A DNA stretch of 64,000 bases from Amoebidium appalachense (GCA_963693365.1 CAVNZM010000016.1:6865029-6929028), one strand, 5' to 3'. Counted from the stretch's first letter, positions 1 to 15,248 are shown. Made by a program: numbers and translations. The notes: generated by a model not told the origin, from the letters alone.

Positions 1-519
1 TAATAAGCAGAGCCCATCCTCAGGGGGGGCCCACGTCATCCACAGTACCCGAGTTTCGACCTATTCCCCTCGTTAACGAAACCCAACTCAGATACTGTTT
101 CACTTGAACATGAGTAGGTCACCCGTCTTGATCAGAGACGAGCAGGGTTGCTTATGCAGGCAAGGGCAGTGGGAAAGGCCGGGGGTTAAAGTTGCAGCAG
201 TAAGCAGAAGCAAGAAAAATATAGATAGGAACTCAGGAGACGGGGCTTCTAGGAAGCTCCCCCGTCGATACCTAAGTCGATACTTCCCTGGCTAACATAC
301 TACACCAGCTGAAAAGAATTAAGTCCCGAAGGCCGCAGAATTCGCAATCAGAGGGGAAAATATGAGATTTGACCCACGCCGCAGGGTAGTAACACGCTTA
401 CTAGGGCGGAACTTTATCGTCTTCGAACGGAAAGCTATGCCCCCGGATGTCAGCCGGAAATATGGTATCACCCATTGCTTTGGGCTTGAAAAAAGCCAAA
501 CCGATAGTCCGAGTTATGT
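1..519 (-). mobile_element. Dispersed repeat family, copy A (longest; 3' end off-window), in an SPT6 intron
   Basis: Bases 1-227 are near-identical to 7851-7978 and ~57015-57227 over the overlapping parts. Bases 228-519 are assigned by continuity up to a C-run next to the splice donor at 548. Confidence 0.75.
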
Positions 520-548
520 GGGGCGGGGGGGAAGAGGGTGTTGCTTAC

Positions 549-1783
549 GGGTCCTTTGTTCGGCCTCCACGTCTCTGGAGGTCCGACGACATACACCTGA
601 ATACACCGTGTGTTAGTGTGCTTTCAACACAAACATTCCCTATTGCCTCCAACCTGAGCCCACATTTTGCAAACATGTGTAGACAAAACGAGCAAGAAAC
701 AGAAGGGGCAGGGACTCACGATAGCTCGACGGTGAACTTCTCCATGTCCACGTTTTTGATTACAGCCACAAGACTGCCACCAATCTGCGTGCCCCACCAC
801 CACACAGTCAGCACAATGCAAACGCAGAGCAGCAAGTGCTGCCTCATAGAGGTCTTGCAGCATGCACCCCTACCCACCCATCCTGTTCAATGCCCCTACC
901 TTTCAACCTCCCTCCTACTGTGTTTTATTTCCCCCCCCCCCCCCCCCCCCCCCCCCCTTCCAGCCTGCTGAACCACCAACCAACACAAAACATACACGAG
1001 CACTGACATGTTTCATATCAAAAAGCATGGCAACACTCATCTGTCACCTTTACGCACTGATATGCTGGATTGGGCTGGGCTGGCGTCGGGGTGGATCTTA
1101 GACAGAACAGCAGAAATACGAGCTCAGGATCGATTTCTTGTTTCTTGTGTGAGAGTGTGCGTGTGCGTGGATGTGTCTGTCTGTGTGAGTGTGTGTGTGT
1201 GCGTGTGTGTGCGCGTGTGTGAGCGCGCACGTGTGTGAGTGTGTGAGTGTGTGAGTGTGTGTATGAGTGAGTGAAAGAATGTGTGTGTTGTTCTACTTTT
1301 TTCTTACGGTGAGGAGAGGGCAAGGGGGGGGGGGGGGGGGTTACCTCCACGCGCTCGTCAAACTCCTGCTCATTCAGACGGTGGTCACTGAACTTCCCTA
1401 TCTGTCAACCCGTTCATCCGTCAGTCAGCCACACGTAAAACCATGAGGGACATTTCTAATAGTATGTGGGCGTACGTCGTCCTTCCACCACATATCTTCG
1501 GTAGGACACCCCTGAGATCAGAGCCAAACCACCCCAATGATATTGCAAATTCTGCTCTTGTGCAGTCACATTGTATAAGAGGACAAAACACGCAGAGGTG
1601 TTGCGGCTCCTAAATCCATGCTATCACAGATAGGTATAATGCCAGTGTCATGAACCATCACACCGAGACGCTAACCCCTTGAGCACACACCCCACGTGCA
1701 TAGCCATCCACACAAACACCATGCACCCCCCCCCCCCCCCCCCTGCCCCCTTCCCCCCCCCCCCCCCTGCCCCCCTTCCCCCC

Positions 1784-1825
<42 letters not shown>

Positions 1826-3423
1826 AAACCACCAACACCACCACAACACACACATCCAGCATGCCCCACCCCATGATGTTATCACGCACGTGAATGAAGC
1901 CCTTGAGTTCGCTGGGCAGCACGATGACATCCACACCCATGGGTGCACCGTCCCTGCCCACGCGCCTGTCTCTGATCTTGCAGTCCACCTGCATCTCAGG
2001 AGCCAGCGTCTGCACATGCCAAAACGTCAACCACAAGCATGGCCCCGGCCACACAATCAAAGGTTGCTAACATCTGTAGAGCATCATGATGGGTAGAGTG
2101 GATGCCTGCATGCAACGGAGACGTGCGTGTCATATGACTCAGGCCATGCAATCAAAGGTTGCTTATATGTGAAGAGCATCATAATGTGCCGTACACAGGA
2201 TGCATGCATGCAACGAAGACGTGTGTTATATGTCCGAGGCCATACACAGTGGAGTAGTGATGGTCAACCACATGCACGCCATCCATGTCGGGTACTGCAA
2301 TGCATATGTAGAATCTTTGGATGTTACCATGCATATGCTTGAACGACGGGGAGGGAAGGGGAAGGGGATGGACTAACCTCGGCAGTTTCACCCGTCACCA
2401 TGTAGAAGCGTTCGGCCTGCAGGGAAATTACAGCTGTCAGCACATGTATCATTCAAAGATCAGGCGCCCCTTTCCCCATTCCCCCATTCCCCTTCTCCAA
2501 CAAACACACATGGCCCCAAAAAATATATATAAATAAAAAAAGGACCTACGAAAGACAACACACACACACCCCCACCCACCCACCCACCCACCCACCCACA
2601 GACAGACAGACAGAGGCATACACATTCTGCATTATTTACATGATGTGTGCTGCTCGCCTCTGATCTACTGCATTTGCATTTGTGAGCACCACGGGCCAAT
2701 TGCATTTGGTACCCTGAAAGTACACTTTCTGGGAAGGCACTGGGGACGACGGGAGAGGGTGGGGGGAGGAGGAGGAGGAGGAGTGGGGGGAGGGGGGGGA
2801 TTACGATGATTCTTTGCTTGATGTCAAGGGGCAACTTCTCGTCAGCGAGATTTGGAAGGGTGTGCCGATGGTCGCGGTAGGGATGTCTAAGCTCCTCGCG
2901 AATAAGATACACCGTAATCCTGCCCATCCGACAGTCATTGCAGGCCCTCTCCCTCTTTGCTCCCCCCCCTTCCCCCCAACCTCCACCCAAACACACACAC
3001 GACGACCACAAAGGGCAAACTGATTCCTGTAGACCCCCCCCCCCTTCTCCCCACTCTAGTTACATTAAAGAAGATTTCCCTCGCAAAGTCCCTCAACCCC
3101 ATACACATGTACACGTACCCCTTGCGGATGTTCTTTTTTTCCAGCTGTTGTGCAAAGACATCTGCAACCCAACCACATTAGCTGCTATCTTCGGGCAAAC
3201 CTGAACAGGCAGGTCACCATGGTCTATGCAAGGTTATGGACGTGTGCAAGACGGTGAAAAACATGTAGCCCCCTCGAAGGCCCAATCGAAATCTACTCCT
3301 GTCGACGTCAAAAGAGTACAATGGAAAGCAGTGTACCCGACTGTAGTTAACCATCGCTCCCTCCCCTCCTTTTCTTTTCTTCTTTCTTTTTTCCCTGTGC
3401 GTGCGTGGGTGCCAGTGTTTGTG

Positions 3424-3483
<60 letters not shown>

Positions 3484-6110
3484 CATGTGCTTTTCAATGG
3501 GAAATGGGGAGGGCTCAGACCGAGCTGCAGGTCATCGAGCTGCTTGGGGTCTGCCATGACCAACTCCACGGCCCGATCAACATCGTCATCGTCCTCATTG
3601 TCCCTGCAAAAAAACAAAAAGCAAAACATGAGCCACGCTTATCCCAAAAGGCAAACAGGAGAGAAATTCATACAAATTACTAAGAGCCGATGCTCAAACA
3701 AAGGAGAAAGTCATTTGCACGATCTGAACTCGGACCCAATCACGTCACATTCGAACGAAGTCGAGGCGCCGTTTGGTCTGGGATGGTACTCTGCCCGGCA
3801 AAATTACAGCGAAAAGTAGGTGATTGTGTGGCAGACAGAAAGAAGCAACAGCGAGAGTTGCAGCATCGTTGCACGGGCAGGCAAGATGGCAAGAAAAATA
3901 GTCAAATCATTACGGGGGCACTGGTCTCATGTTGGAAGTAATGGGGAGCGCCCTTTTTAGAGGCTAGGGGCAGGAGAGACAAAGAGAAAGAGAGCCGGGA
4001 GGGGGAGGAGGGGGGGGGGGGGGGGGGAAGAGGGGTAGGGATGGGGGTTGCATACTCGTCTTCATCAAGGGCATCTTTTGCAATCTTGCGGGCGTACTTG
4101 TAGCTCTCAGGGTGGATACGTGTGCAGTCCAGCACACACACTTCACTTCGCTTTGGTTGGTCCGGTAGCCGTACACCCCCCTGTGGGCAACAGACTACGC
4201 TTAGTGTTCCGTGGCCCGAATACATGTGCAAACCTCGTTTCATCGAATCACGAGCAAACTCCCATGTAAAGAACTGCGAAACACACCGAGGTAACAAATA
4301 ATCCCACTCCCGCTTCTTTTTGTGACATGCGCTGTCCAATGAAAAGCTTGTATGTGTATGGATTTGTATGTCTCTATGCCTGTGTGTGCCTGTGTAGTGG
4401 CGGTGGTGAGTGAGAAGTGAGAAACACGGTTGGGCACGAGGAGCAGGGGGGGAGGGGGGGGAAAGGGGGAGGTTTCATTACTAAGATGCAGATGAACCCT
4501 GCACAGTTTTCGAAGACTTTGGCCCTGTGGACAAGATAAATTAGTAAATAATTGCTGAAGTGCATGTCGGTGACCAACTGGAGATCGTATATCACATGAA
4601 AAAGACGCTCAAAGGGCCATATTTGAGCCTGCGGATCCGACACCCCTGGTGGAGCAAAGAAAGCACAAGGACAAAATCCCCCCAAAGCAAAGCACTAGAC
4701 TACAAATCCCCTGCAGGCCGAATATTGGGTGATGGTGTATACTTACATCATGAAGCCCTTGAGAATGAGCTCCTCGCGGTCGCATAAATAATGCCCTGCA
4801 AAGATCACCGTTAGAGAAGGCTATTGACATTACTCCCAAATGCTAATCCATAAAAACTCTGTCTGGCGGGAAGACCCTTTACCCCCCCCCCCCCCCCCCC
4901 CCCCCCTCCCCTACCCGCCACACACACACACACACACCCATATACACCACCACCACCCAAAAAAACACCCCCAGGACGTCTACCCATATGAAGTCCTCCC
5001 GACATTTGGATACAACGCAACCATGATGTGTCTTGGGAGATTTTAGGTGCACGAGACAACACAAGAAAACAGAGGGTAGGTAAGAGAGGGGCACGGACTC
5101 TTCTCATCGTTTTCATCGTCCTCCACCCCGTCGGATAGCTTCTCAAACATCTCCAATGCCTTGCGGGGACCAAACCCGGCCACAAACTGCAGCAGGCACT
5201 GCCGGTGCTTGTACGGCGCAATCTCATTGATCCGCACACCAACCTGCACAGGGGAATGAATGGTCATTGCAACGTGCACATCAACGTTTGAATGTATGGG
5301 TCGTGTCAGTGTATGTGGCATTCCATCCGAAGCACAAACAGTAGGACCCATACACAACAAGACGAAATGCCGACCACACAACACACCACAGACTCTTTGT
5401 TTTTTTGGACCGATTTATGGGTCCTTTCGAGTCACGCCAAAATGCCAATTGATGCGAACCTCACCAATCACAGTGCTTAAATCTCTTGTGAATCTGACCT
5501 GGCTCGGAATACTAAAAGAAACCCCATTTATTAGAGTATAAAGCCAGTCAGGGCAACCCACATGCCCAAGAGCACAACACATACACACGATCACGTGGGG
5601 TCTACACACCATGTTGACGACATCCACAAACTGCCGGTCGAGGACATTCCTCCGTTCCTCCTTGCTGATGGTGTGTTGCAGTGGATGCTGTAGGGAAACC
5701 AGGTTAGAGTCTGGGACTCCCCCCCCCCCCCCCCCCCCTTCCCCCGGGTCGTTTACCCTGCTCGCCTCATAGCTGCTCAACCTTGTCAACAACCCCCCTC
5801 CCCCCCCCCCCCCGGCTCCGGGGATTCACTGACACTCCCCACCACCCACACCACCCCCCAACTGAACAGAACACAAAAATCGCTGGTAATATGCTGAGCC
5901 ACAATCTGCAATAGCCTTACTGCCAATAGGACGTAGTGTGAAGGTTGCATACCAGGTTGATGGCGGTGATCTCGTCCTCGAAGTTGCACATGGCTGCAGC
6001 CAAAGAACACGTCAGTCGGTAACAGTCCAAATAGTTAAACCCCCCCCCCCCCCCCCCCTCCCTCTCCCCCCCCCCCCTCCTTCCCCTCCCCCCCCCCCCC
6101 CCCCCTCCTC

Positions 6111-6141
<31 letters not shown>

Positions 6142-8760
6142 TCTCCTCCCCCCCCTTCCTTCCTCTTTCTCTCTCTCTCCCCCCTCCCCCCCCCCCTCTC
6201 CCCTCCTCCTCCTCCTCCTCCTCTTTCTTCCTGCAGCCGTTACATGTAGCTGTGTTGGAAGACACAACAACAATCAAAATGACATGGAATACGTACCGGC
6301 CAGTTCCACCAGGGGGTCTTGCAGATATCGTGCAGCAGAGATGGCATGCAGCAGATGCACCTGCATTGCGCCCAAAGTCAGCAAAAGAACAACAACTGGT
6401 ACAAGCGCTTCTTCACGTGAGCCTCAGGGACGGTTAGCTTGGTTCATGGTAAGGAGTTTGCCTATCGGTGTGCATCATAGGTATAGTAGTCATAGCAGTG
6501 CAGTTGTGCTGCAAAAAGGAGGTGAAACGGAGAGCTGTTGTGGGCAAGCAAAAGGCGTTGCATGTGAGAAAGACAGACAGAGCGTGAGGAAGAGCAACAA
6601 AGTGCATACGTTTGCGTGTTTTTGTGTGAATCCGTGCACATGAACATCTGAGGCGTGTGTATATACCTGAACTGAGGGGATGGATAGGGGGAGGGGAGGG
6701 GGAGGGGGGAGGGAGGGGAAGGGAAGGAGGGAGGAAGAGTGGGGTGCATACCGGATATTCGGGGAATTCCTCCTTAGCACGAGCTGATTGTGAGAAGATC
6801 CGTGGGACCTGTGGCATGCCAAAAACTTCGATCAGTGGAGTCCGCTTACACGGGCACACATTTCATACGATCATACGAGGAAAAAACCCTTTCATGTGTG
6901 TCATTCCAGCAAGAGTGACCAGTCATGTGCAGTGAGAGTCCACAACATTGCAATAAGGCATCATGCAAGTGTGCTTGATGAGAGAGGGAAGGGCATGCAA
7001 CCTCTGCTTGTATCCACTCCACTCGCGTAGACTGCGGCAACTGCTTGGTGTCCTGCAGATTTCGTATCCAGCTGCCACCGTGCCCACGAGCATCAGTAAC
7101 CAGCCCTAAACTCCTCCCATTCATCTCATTTCTTTCATCACAGGCCTTCATCGCCACTTCCCCATTTCCTTCAGCCGTTTTTACTTGCCTACCCACACAT
7201 TCTCCTTTCACTGCACCATGATACACAGCCAGCACGATTCGATGCCCATGCAAGTTTCACATATATCCCCGAATGTCTTTCTACATACACACACACATCC
7301 CCGCACCTATACTACCCTCACTCTTCGGTGCCTTTCGTTGTAATGTTTGAAGAGTAAGTCAATTGCTGCTGTTGTAGCCGTGTATGTGTGATGTATGCAA
7401 CTAATGGGCTGCAATCTGCATAGGTGGATAGATGGTGCAACAAGACAGGAGTAGGAAGTGAAGGGGGGGGGAGGGAGGGGGGAGGGGTGGGGGAGAGGGG
7501 TGGGAGGGGAGGGGGGGGGGAGCGAGAGAGAGGACGTACTACTCAATGTCCTTAGCAATGCGCATGGAGTCAGTGTCCTCGACAATGACGGCAATGCCAA
7601 TGGGCCGCTTGCGCTTGATGTATCCCTGCAACCCATCCTGGTGGTTAGCAGTGCACTTTTTGAAAAATGCAAAAGGAAGGGCAACCCTAGAAGATAAGCA
7701 GGCAAGGAAACAAGTCGGGTCGAGACAGAGCAGGAGGGACCTCGGGGGGGGGGGGGGGGGGGGGGGTTTGAATGCGTCAAAAAGTACGAAGTACACAAGA
7801 ACAAACGGATAACACGATGCAGAATGCAAGCCATACATAAAGAGTATGCATAATAAGCAGAGCCCATCCTCAGGGGGGGCCCACGTCATCCACAGTACCC
7901 GAGTTTCGACCTATTCCCCTCGTTAACGAAACCCAACTCAGATACTGTTTCACTTGAACATGAGTAGGTCACCCGTCTGGGAAAGGGGGAGAGTGAAGGA
8001 GAGAAAGGGAAAGAGGGGGAGACGGAGGGAGGGGGGGAAGGGGGAGGGGGGGGTTGAGGGGAAAGGGAAAAAAGTGGGCATAAGGCCATGTGTGTATGAA
8101 TATGTGCAGGGAAAGAGTGCACATGTGCATGTGTGCTTCAGCACGTGGGTGCATGCATACACGTGCACCTATGGGCCTTGCACACACACACCTCGAGGTT
8201 CATCTTGTCGATGGATTTGGGGTCGTTGCGCTGCTCTACGCCCTCTGCGTAGCGCACCTCCCTCGCGTGCATGTTCTTGAGCGTCAGATGGTCGAGCATC
8301 GATCTGGGTGAACACACACACCTTAGCAATCTACACCAGAAGCTGACGGATACACAACACGAATGACGCCACTGGCAGCATGTTTACCTAAAGCTCCTTT
8401 TGTCAGATGTGTACACGGTATATATGCATGCAACCTCATGTCTTTATGCCATTTATAATGAGCAAATGGATCAAAGGTTAAAGTATTGTACAATGCCCTA
8501 TTGGTCTGACAGTGTCCGTCAGCCCCATCATCTAAAGTGCACCGGCAGAATATTATATCCCAGAAGGTGCAGTTACGTACCCGTAGCCGTTGATCAGGGC
8601 ACAGATGGTTGGCCGGTCTGGTGTGCCCGGGTAGATGCCGAGGATGCTGTTTTCCTGCTGCTGCTCGTCATCGCTCTGTAGTCCCAACCCCATCAGACAA
8701 AACACATCTTTCCGTCTCATCCACGGTGCCTTTATAGCCACCTAGTTTCATTCACCTCTT

Positions 8761-8792
<32 letters not shown>

Positions 8793-8813
8793 CACACACA
8801 CCACCATCATTAC

Positions 8814-8850
<37 letters not shown>

Positions 8851-8869
8851 AAAGAAAAAGAAAAAAACG

Positions 8870-8919
<50 letters not shown>

Positions 8920-10661
8920 GAACAACCTCGTCATCCGAGCTCTCGCTCTCACTGTCCCTGCGGTTTGTGCGGTGGCTGTCCTTGTCCTTCTGCGCCGTGA
9001 AGGGCCTACGGAAGATGGTGTCCCTGAGCTTGCCCCCCATCTCCTCCAACACCACCTCACGTGCTGACGCTGACAGCTGACTGCGCAACTCCTGTGCCCC
9101 CACGGCATATCAGCTCTCATTCTGCATCATTTCCTCGATGCTTTAAGAACCATCAATCTAACGCAAACACACAGGCATGCATATCCGTCTGTCCACCACA
9201 TCAAATTCCAACGCACAACATACACACACACCTACCGAACTCTTTCTTGACCAGTCTGACACCCCTTCTATGTCTTCTTTTTGTCTTAACAGTTTCCCCC
9301 CAGATCTACTCCATGCCCCCCCCCCCCCCCCCCCCCTCCCCCTCCCCTCCCTCCCCCTCCAAGGCCCTCATTGGAGAGAGGAACTCTTAAACACATCCAC
9401 CTAATCTAATATGGTTTTCAACCTCTCTCAATCACATGGTCCATGGTGGCCAAGCGCACAGACCTTTTCGAACTGCGGGAAGAGGAAAGACTGCATGAGG
9501 GCCTTGATCAGGGCCGCTCGCTGCTCGTTCCATTTCTTGGCCACTTCGTTCTGGTTCCCTGCAAAAAGCAACATCGATAAGTTGGGCGCAGACATCACAC
9601 TCGGCCATCTCCCACATGCTTAAATGTTCATTAACAGCGAATAACAGCCCGAAAGGTCCTGCCCACGCTCCTTCTTTAACAAAACACTCAACAAAGAGTG
9701 CGTGTTCTTCTACAGCGAACCCCCCCTCCCCCCCCCCCCCCCCCCCAAAAAAAAAAAAAAAAAAAAAAGGAGAAAAGAAAGACTGCATCACACAAATCCG
9801 GAACAATCATAGTCTCCGGTCTCCCCCCCCCACACTCTACCAAGAGCACCCTCTTCCCACCATAGCTATTGAACACTTCTTTGAGCTCTCATATAATGAG
9901 CATATCCCAGGGGGACGCACTTGACCGATAAAGTTCGGATATGTTGCGGAAGGCTGTGCGGGACTCAAGGGGGCCATCCGATTCGCCCAGATCAAACGTG
10001 ATCTTGATGAACCCCTCCGCCTCGGCTGCATGCAAAGGTGTTTTTTAGAATCCCTTTCACAACCACCAACCACACAGTTTCATGTTACGACCGCCCCCAT
10101 GCAATTCAGCCATATTTATTACCAGCTTCTCATATATATCTGGAACCAAGAAATCCAAGCAACGATCTCCCTCCCCCCCTCCCCCCCCCCCCCCCCCCCC
10201 CCCCCCCTCCCCCCTTCCTCCCCCCCCCCCCCCCCCCCAAAAAAAAAAAAACCCCTCCTTTCCCCCCTCGCACACATGCCCCACCCACAAAAGAAGACAA
10301 ACCAATGAAAAACCGAACAAACAAACAAACAAACAAACAAGCAAGCAAGCGAAAACAGACTGAGAGAGAACAATTAGAAGAACACGTACCCTTCAGCATG
10401 CGCAGGAACTCCTTGTCTGTGCGGTACACCCCGTGGTGCTTGGTCTCCACCTTGAAGGCAGACAGCGGCTTGTCCTTGATGAACTTCAACGGCGCATACT
10501 CGTGCTGCAGTGAGCCAGCATTAGCAACATACACACCAATATATCATTACATTCCCCGGGGGCCCAAATGCTGCAACACGTGCAAAAAAGAACCAACAAA
10601 CACGCACATTAATCTTCAAATATCATCTGTGTATAGGCTTTCCCTTTCTACGTGTGCGTCC

Positions 10662-10702
<41 letters not shown>

Positions 10703-12407
10703 CGTGTGCATGTGCTTGTGTTTCTGGCTTTTTTTTTTTTTTTTTTTTTTTTGGGGGGGGGAGGGGGGGGGGGATGTCTCTTGCTGGATGATAATGGTGG
10801 TATAACTTAGCATCCTTTGTGCACGTGTGTTCCACACATGGCATGCACATGAATAGTGTGAAGGGGAAGGGGACCATACCCACTCATCGATGGCAGTGAG
10901 GCCCATGTCTGTGGGGGTGACGGACACGACCACGTTGTCCAGGAACACCTGGCGCAGCCTATTGCCACATAAACGTCAGTCCACACGCTGCACATGCAAC
11001 ACTTTGAGAGGCACCACACATGCAGGCCCAACTATTGTAGAACACTTTTCATGTCTATAAAGCATTCGTCTAGGAAACAAGAACGTGCCCCCCCCCCCCC
11101 CCCCCCCCCCCAAAAAAAAACACACAACCAGACACGAAGCACACACACAGACACAGACACACTGACACACACACGCACACGCACACACACACACACCATC
11201 ATCCCAACAACAATAGCCGCTCCCCCCCCTCCCCCCCCCCCTCCCCCCTCCCCCCACCACCAACATGCATCAGGGACACGACCTGCAAAACCTAACCACT
11301 GAAGATACAAAAAGACAATCAACGGAACTTACCTTGAGCGGACTTGAGGGTGGTGGGACAGCTCTTTCATCAGGAAGCCAGCTGCCCCCTTCAAAGCAGT
11401 GGAGTTGATCGAGAAGTTGGTTGTTACGTAGCCCTGCAGATACACACGTCAGCCAGATGCAAAAAAACAAAAACAAAAAACAAACAAACAAACAAACAAA
11501 CAAAAACACACACACACAAACATAAGCACGAGAGAAGCAGAGTACACATGAGCATACAAGCAAACCAATTGATATCATCTGGCCCCTGGTCGCTTGGCCA
11601 TGCCACTTCAACACCAACAAGTATCTCATGACCCCGTTTCCCCGAACATTGGTGACTCTTGTCCACCAGTAGCACTTACCGAGGCTGTGGTGAGGGGGTC
11701 CAGTGGAGGGTCTCTGGCCTCGTGAATCAGCCGCCGTTCTGTGGGCATATATTAGCCTGGTCAGTCACTACAGAAGTCCATATTCACCGTGTGTACTTTA
11801 CACAATGCCCGTCAGACCTACCCCCCCCCCCCCCCCCCCCCCCCCTCTTCTCCCCCGGCCCGAAAAAAAAAAGGATAAAAAAGAGAAAGAAGAAGTCATT
11901 CTCCAATAAATCTGGGTATGATAAGAATCTAAATATCTGTGCACACTCACAGGCAGAAAGATGGTCATGCTGTTCCTCCCCCCCCCCCCCCCCCCCCCGG
12001 ACACCTTTCCCCCCCACGGGAGGCCACCACACACACACACACATACACACACGCACACACGCCCACAGACACCAAAACACAGTGCCGAGGGTACTGACCG
12101 GCCAGGTTCTCAGCAAACTGGTCTGCCGTCAGACCGAACTGCTCAGCAAGGCCACCCAGACCCGCCTCTGCATGGAGGATATTCGCTCATCAGCAAGGAA
12201 CTCAAGTGCCAGCCGTGCAATGTGCACGGGGATATGACGGTGCAAGGGGGAAAGTGAAGGGACGTGAATCTACCATGTCACATGTTGCACGGGGGCGTCA
12301 ACAGGAAGATTGCCCAACACAACAAAAGTGAAGAGCAACTTGCCAGTAAGTGCACACAGAAGCAGATAGGAAGAAGAAACTTCTGCCGGGAGGGTGGGAG
12401 GGTAGGG

Positions 12408-12438
<31 letters not shown>

Positions 12439-12982
12439 AGGAGGAGGAGGATGTATGCCTAAGATTTTTAGAATGAAATCATGGAATAGGAGACTTTTAA
12501 AGAAACCACACAAAATGTCTCTAAAGTACAAAAACCAGAAACCTATATTGAAAAATGGGCGTTTTTTTTTTTTTTTTTTTTTTTTTGGGGGGGGGGGGGA
12601 CTGACCAGCAGCAATAGTGAAGATGTCTCGTCGCGCGCGAGGCAGAGAAACATTTGCCCTATGAAAGGTTAGTAAATAAAACATCATATCACATACACAG
12701 CACCAGAGATAACCTCTCCCAATGCATGACGAAGCAGCAGCCCATTGCCCACGCAAGACAAACAGCAAACCCTGACCACCACTGGACATGGTATCCTCAT
12801 TTCTCGTAGCCGATTAAGTCATCCCACTGACACCAACAAACATGATCCGTACCCCCCCCCCCACACCCACCACTACCACACCTTAAAACACACACACAGA
12901 CAGCCACACAAAAAAAAAAGAGAAAAAAATAAGAACAAAATAAGAACAACCAAGCACGCAAAAACCACCAACCATCACAACC

Positions 12983-13045
<63 letters not shown>

Positions 13046-14988
13046 GCGCCCCCTTTCACCCCAACCACCCACACTCCTACCCCCACCTCACACCCCCCCC
13101 CTCCTTCTCCCTCCTCCCCCCGCACCCTCCAACCCATACACCAACACCTACCCGTCATCGTCCATGTCCGTGTCGGCCTGGGCCCGTATTCTTTCAAGGT
13201 CCTCCTTATACTGCGCATACCCCAACATACCCCAGTGTTAGGCCACCGTTGCACACACAATATGACAACATGCACGAGGCCAACACAGCATGCACACCTT
13301 GAACAGGATGTACGACTGCCAGTCGTTGAGCTCCTCCTGGTTGCCGGCCTTGCCTATCTGCTCTCTCTCATCCTTGCTGGCCTGGGGCCGGCTGGATGAC
13401 CTCACCTGCTCAAAAAAGAAAAGCACTTAGTTGGCACCAAAAAAGACATGCAACATCATTCAACACCTAACATTATGATTAATTACCGGCTTTTTCAATG
13501 CCCTAATGAGGCACCCCTGTAGTTCTAACTAAAAAATCAGCAGGCCTGCTAGTTCTGCTACAAACAAGCAGACCCGCTGTATAGTGCAAAGTACAATAGT
13601 GGGTTTGGTGTGTTACAGAATACGAAGTACACAATCACGACCGCGAACACCACCCAAGGAGGCGAGAACAGGGGTCTAGAATGGGTAACATAGCACACGT
13701 AAAAAGTCATGACGAACAACACACTAAATATTGCAAAACCCACATGAAGAGTATGCATCACAAGCAGAGCCCATTCTAGGGCCGGGGGGGGGGGGGGGGG
13801 CTCCATACCTCGCGTTGGTAGTCAATTATGCTGTCATAGAGTTTCAGCAGGCTTGTGCGCAGACTGAGGTAACGCTCCCACTTGGCATCCCTGATCCATC
13901 CCATGTTATATTTCGGATATTCTGGTCTCTCCCCACACCAAACTACATACCCCACACACCACAACACACTTGCACACACATAACCTTCCCTTCCCCCATC
14001 TTCGAGAAATGCAGTGCCTTGCTCCAAACAAAAACGGATGGGGCTCAGCCTGACCTTGTGCTTCTAGGCGGATTGTCATAGCCTGCAAAATGCTGCATAG
14101 AAAAGCACCTTCCCCCCAACATAAACTGCCCTGCATGTCCACATGAGCTAAATTATATCATTTCGGGTGTATTGACATGATGCAGATACATGTTCCCTCT
14201 CTATCATCTACTCAGCTGAACTGTAACCGGTCGTTTCGGCATCTAACCTCTCGAGGCTCCTCCAAAACTCCTCAACATTAACTGATTCATTGATAGCCTC
14301 CCCCCCCCCCCCCCCCCCCCCCCCCCCACCACCACCACCAACCCCCCTGCACACACACACACACACACGCCACCCACCCACCCACCAGCCACCCATACAC
14401 ACACAACAGCACAAGCACGCACCAATCGTGGATGTGCCACAGGTAGGGCAGTAGCATGGGGCTCTCCCTGCGCTCGCTGGCCGTGTATCCAGGGTCGAGA
14501 TACTCCTGCCGGTAGTGGTAGATGAACGGCACCTGCACCCCACCCAGCCGTTGAGTTATATCACAGCCACCTATTCCCTCCACCCCGTTACTTGACATTC
14601 AGTAACCCCCCCCCTCCCCCCCCCCCCCCCCTTCTTTTGCCTAGAAAAAGGTAGGGGCATACAAGCCCCCCCCCCCCCCCCCCCCCCCCCAAAAAAAAAC
14701 CCCACCCCGGGGTAGAATGAACCGATACCCCCCCCCCCCTCCGGAGAAGCCCCTACCCCCCTGACCGACCCTGCATCAAAGAACAAGACAAAGTCGAAAA
14801 TGAGAAGAAAAAGAAAACGAAGAGGGGAGAGAGGATACCTCGTAGTGGTCTTTGCGAAGGAAACCAAGGACGTTTTTGATACACTCGATGGCACTTTCGG
14901 GCAGAGAGGGGTCGATACCATCGTAGGCAGTGCGTTCTGTGGGTCAGAAGCAACACATACCGGTTAGCCCAAAACCTTTCCACCCTGC

Positions 14989-15051
<63 letters not shown>

Positions 15052-15158
15052 GGTCGCGCACAGACATGACCTCTTTCTACTTCTTACCACCCATCAGCCA
15101 AAACAAATAAGAACATAACCAATGTCAATGCAAAAGCACACAACTGGCCGTTGATCCC

Positions 15159-15205
<47 letters not shown>

Positions 15206-15216
15206 TTCCCCCCCCG

Positions 15217-15248
<32 letters not shown>

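Noticed and set aside
43-80. Minimal hammerhead ribozyme in the repeat family (UUAACGA/UUGACGA...GAAAC-UCGG-GUA on the element strand)
   Set aside because: The first core box deviates from CUGANGA, helices I and II do not pair convincingly, and the separate CUGAGGA downstream has no following GAAA. Kept only as an unspecified structured RNA.
7767-7889. Recurrent small ORFs MGSAYYAYSLCMACILH / [16 protein letters not shown] as a peptide gene family
   Set aside because: They recur only because the repeat recurs. They start at non-ATG or internal codons, run into poly-C, and copies are truncated without regard to the frame.
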